Of a DNA stretch of 64,000 bases, positions 63,821 to 64,000 are shown in pieces. Where the stretch lies: positions 11,063,135 through 11,127,134 of the forward strand of contig OZ316899.1 in the NCBI GenBank assembly GCA_973895155.1. Direction: 5' to 3'. The position numbers and the translations under genes were made by a program. The notes beneath the pieces were generated by a model, which was given only the letters and a program-made list of their open reading frames with translations, was not told the origin of the DNA and did not search any database. Each line of letters starts with the position of its first letter. The first letter of the stretch is position 1. Source of the DNA: Marsupella aquatica (taxonomy: Eukaryota > Plantae > Marchantiophyta).

Positions 63821-64000
63821 TGAAGGAATTAGAGATAAGAAAGGCCTAGAGCCCAAAGGATTAAACTCACAACCTCATTCTCCCTCGCATTCTGCCTCTC
63901 ATTTTGTGCTGGCCTAAAGTCAAGTGCCCCATCTCGCGCACTCCCCAGTTTGACAGTCTCCATTCTTGCGTGCTTTTACTCAATGCTGGTTCAAGTCCCA

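Overview
Eukaryotic, plant-type genomic DNA; a non-seed land plant is my inference from gene and transposon content. 1.5-11.8 kb: 3' part of an intron-rich SR34/SR30-type (SRSF1-like) splicing-factor gene. 13.3-16.2 kb: Ty3/Gypsy relics in a complex repeat. 16.3-43.1 kb: a nested stack. A Ty1/Copia element (both LTRs, PBS, PPT) is split in its RT by a 21.6-kb Mutator-like (MULE) DNA transposon with an 8-bp TSD. The MULE carries a GCM/DDE/SWIM transposase and, divergently, a spliced gene fusing a ParB-like domain (DGNHR) to a beta-class N6-adenine/N4-cytosine DNA methyltransferase-like domain. It is studded with about 15 copies of a 15-bp palindrome TAGCGCC(W)GGCGCTA. Inside the MULE sits an En/Spm (CACTA) element carrying a SET-domain gene and a 2.27-kb tandem duplication. 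A 369-bp MITE of the same MULE family sits in the Copia 3' LTR. 43.1-49.7 kb: a Sola-like (GHTHEDVD) transposase element, followed by about 14 kb of a ~142-bp satellite with higher-order structure. All TE genes here are decayed (stops, frameshifts). The main candidate novel system is DNA transposons carrying their own epigenetic writers: ParB-MTase plus palindromic sites, and a SET domain. All domain calls are from manual motif reading, not database searches.
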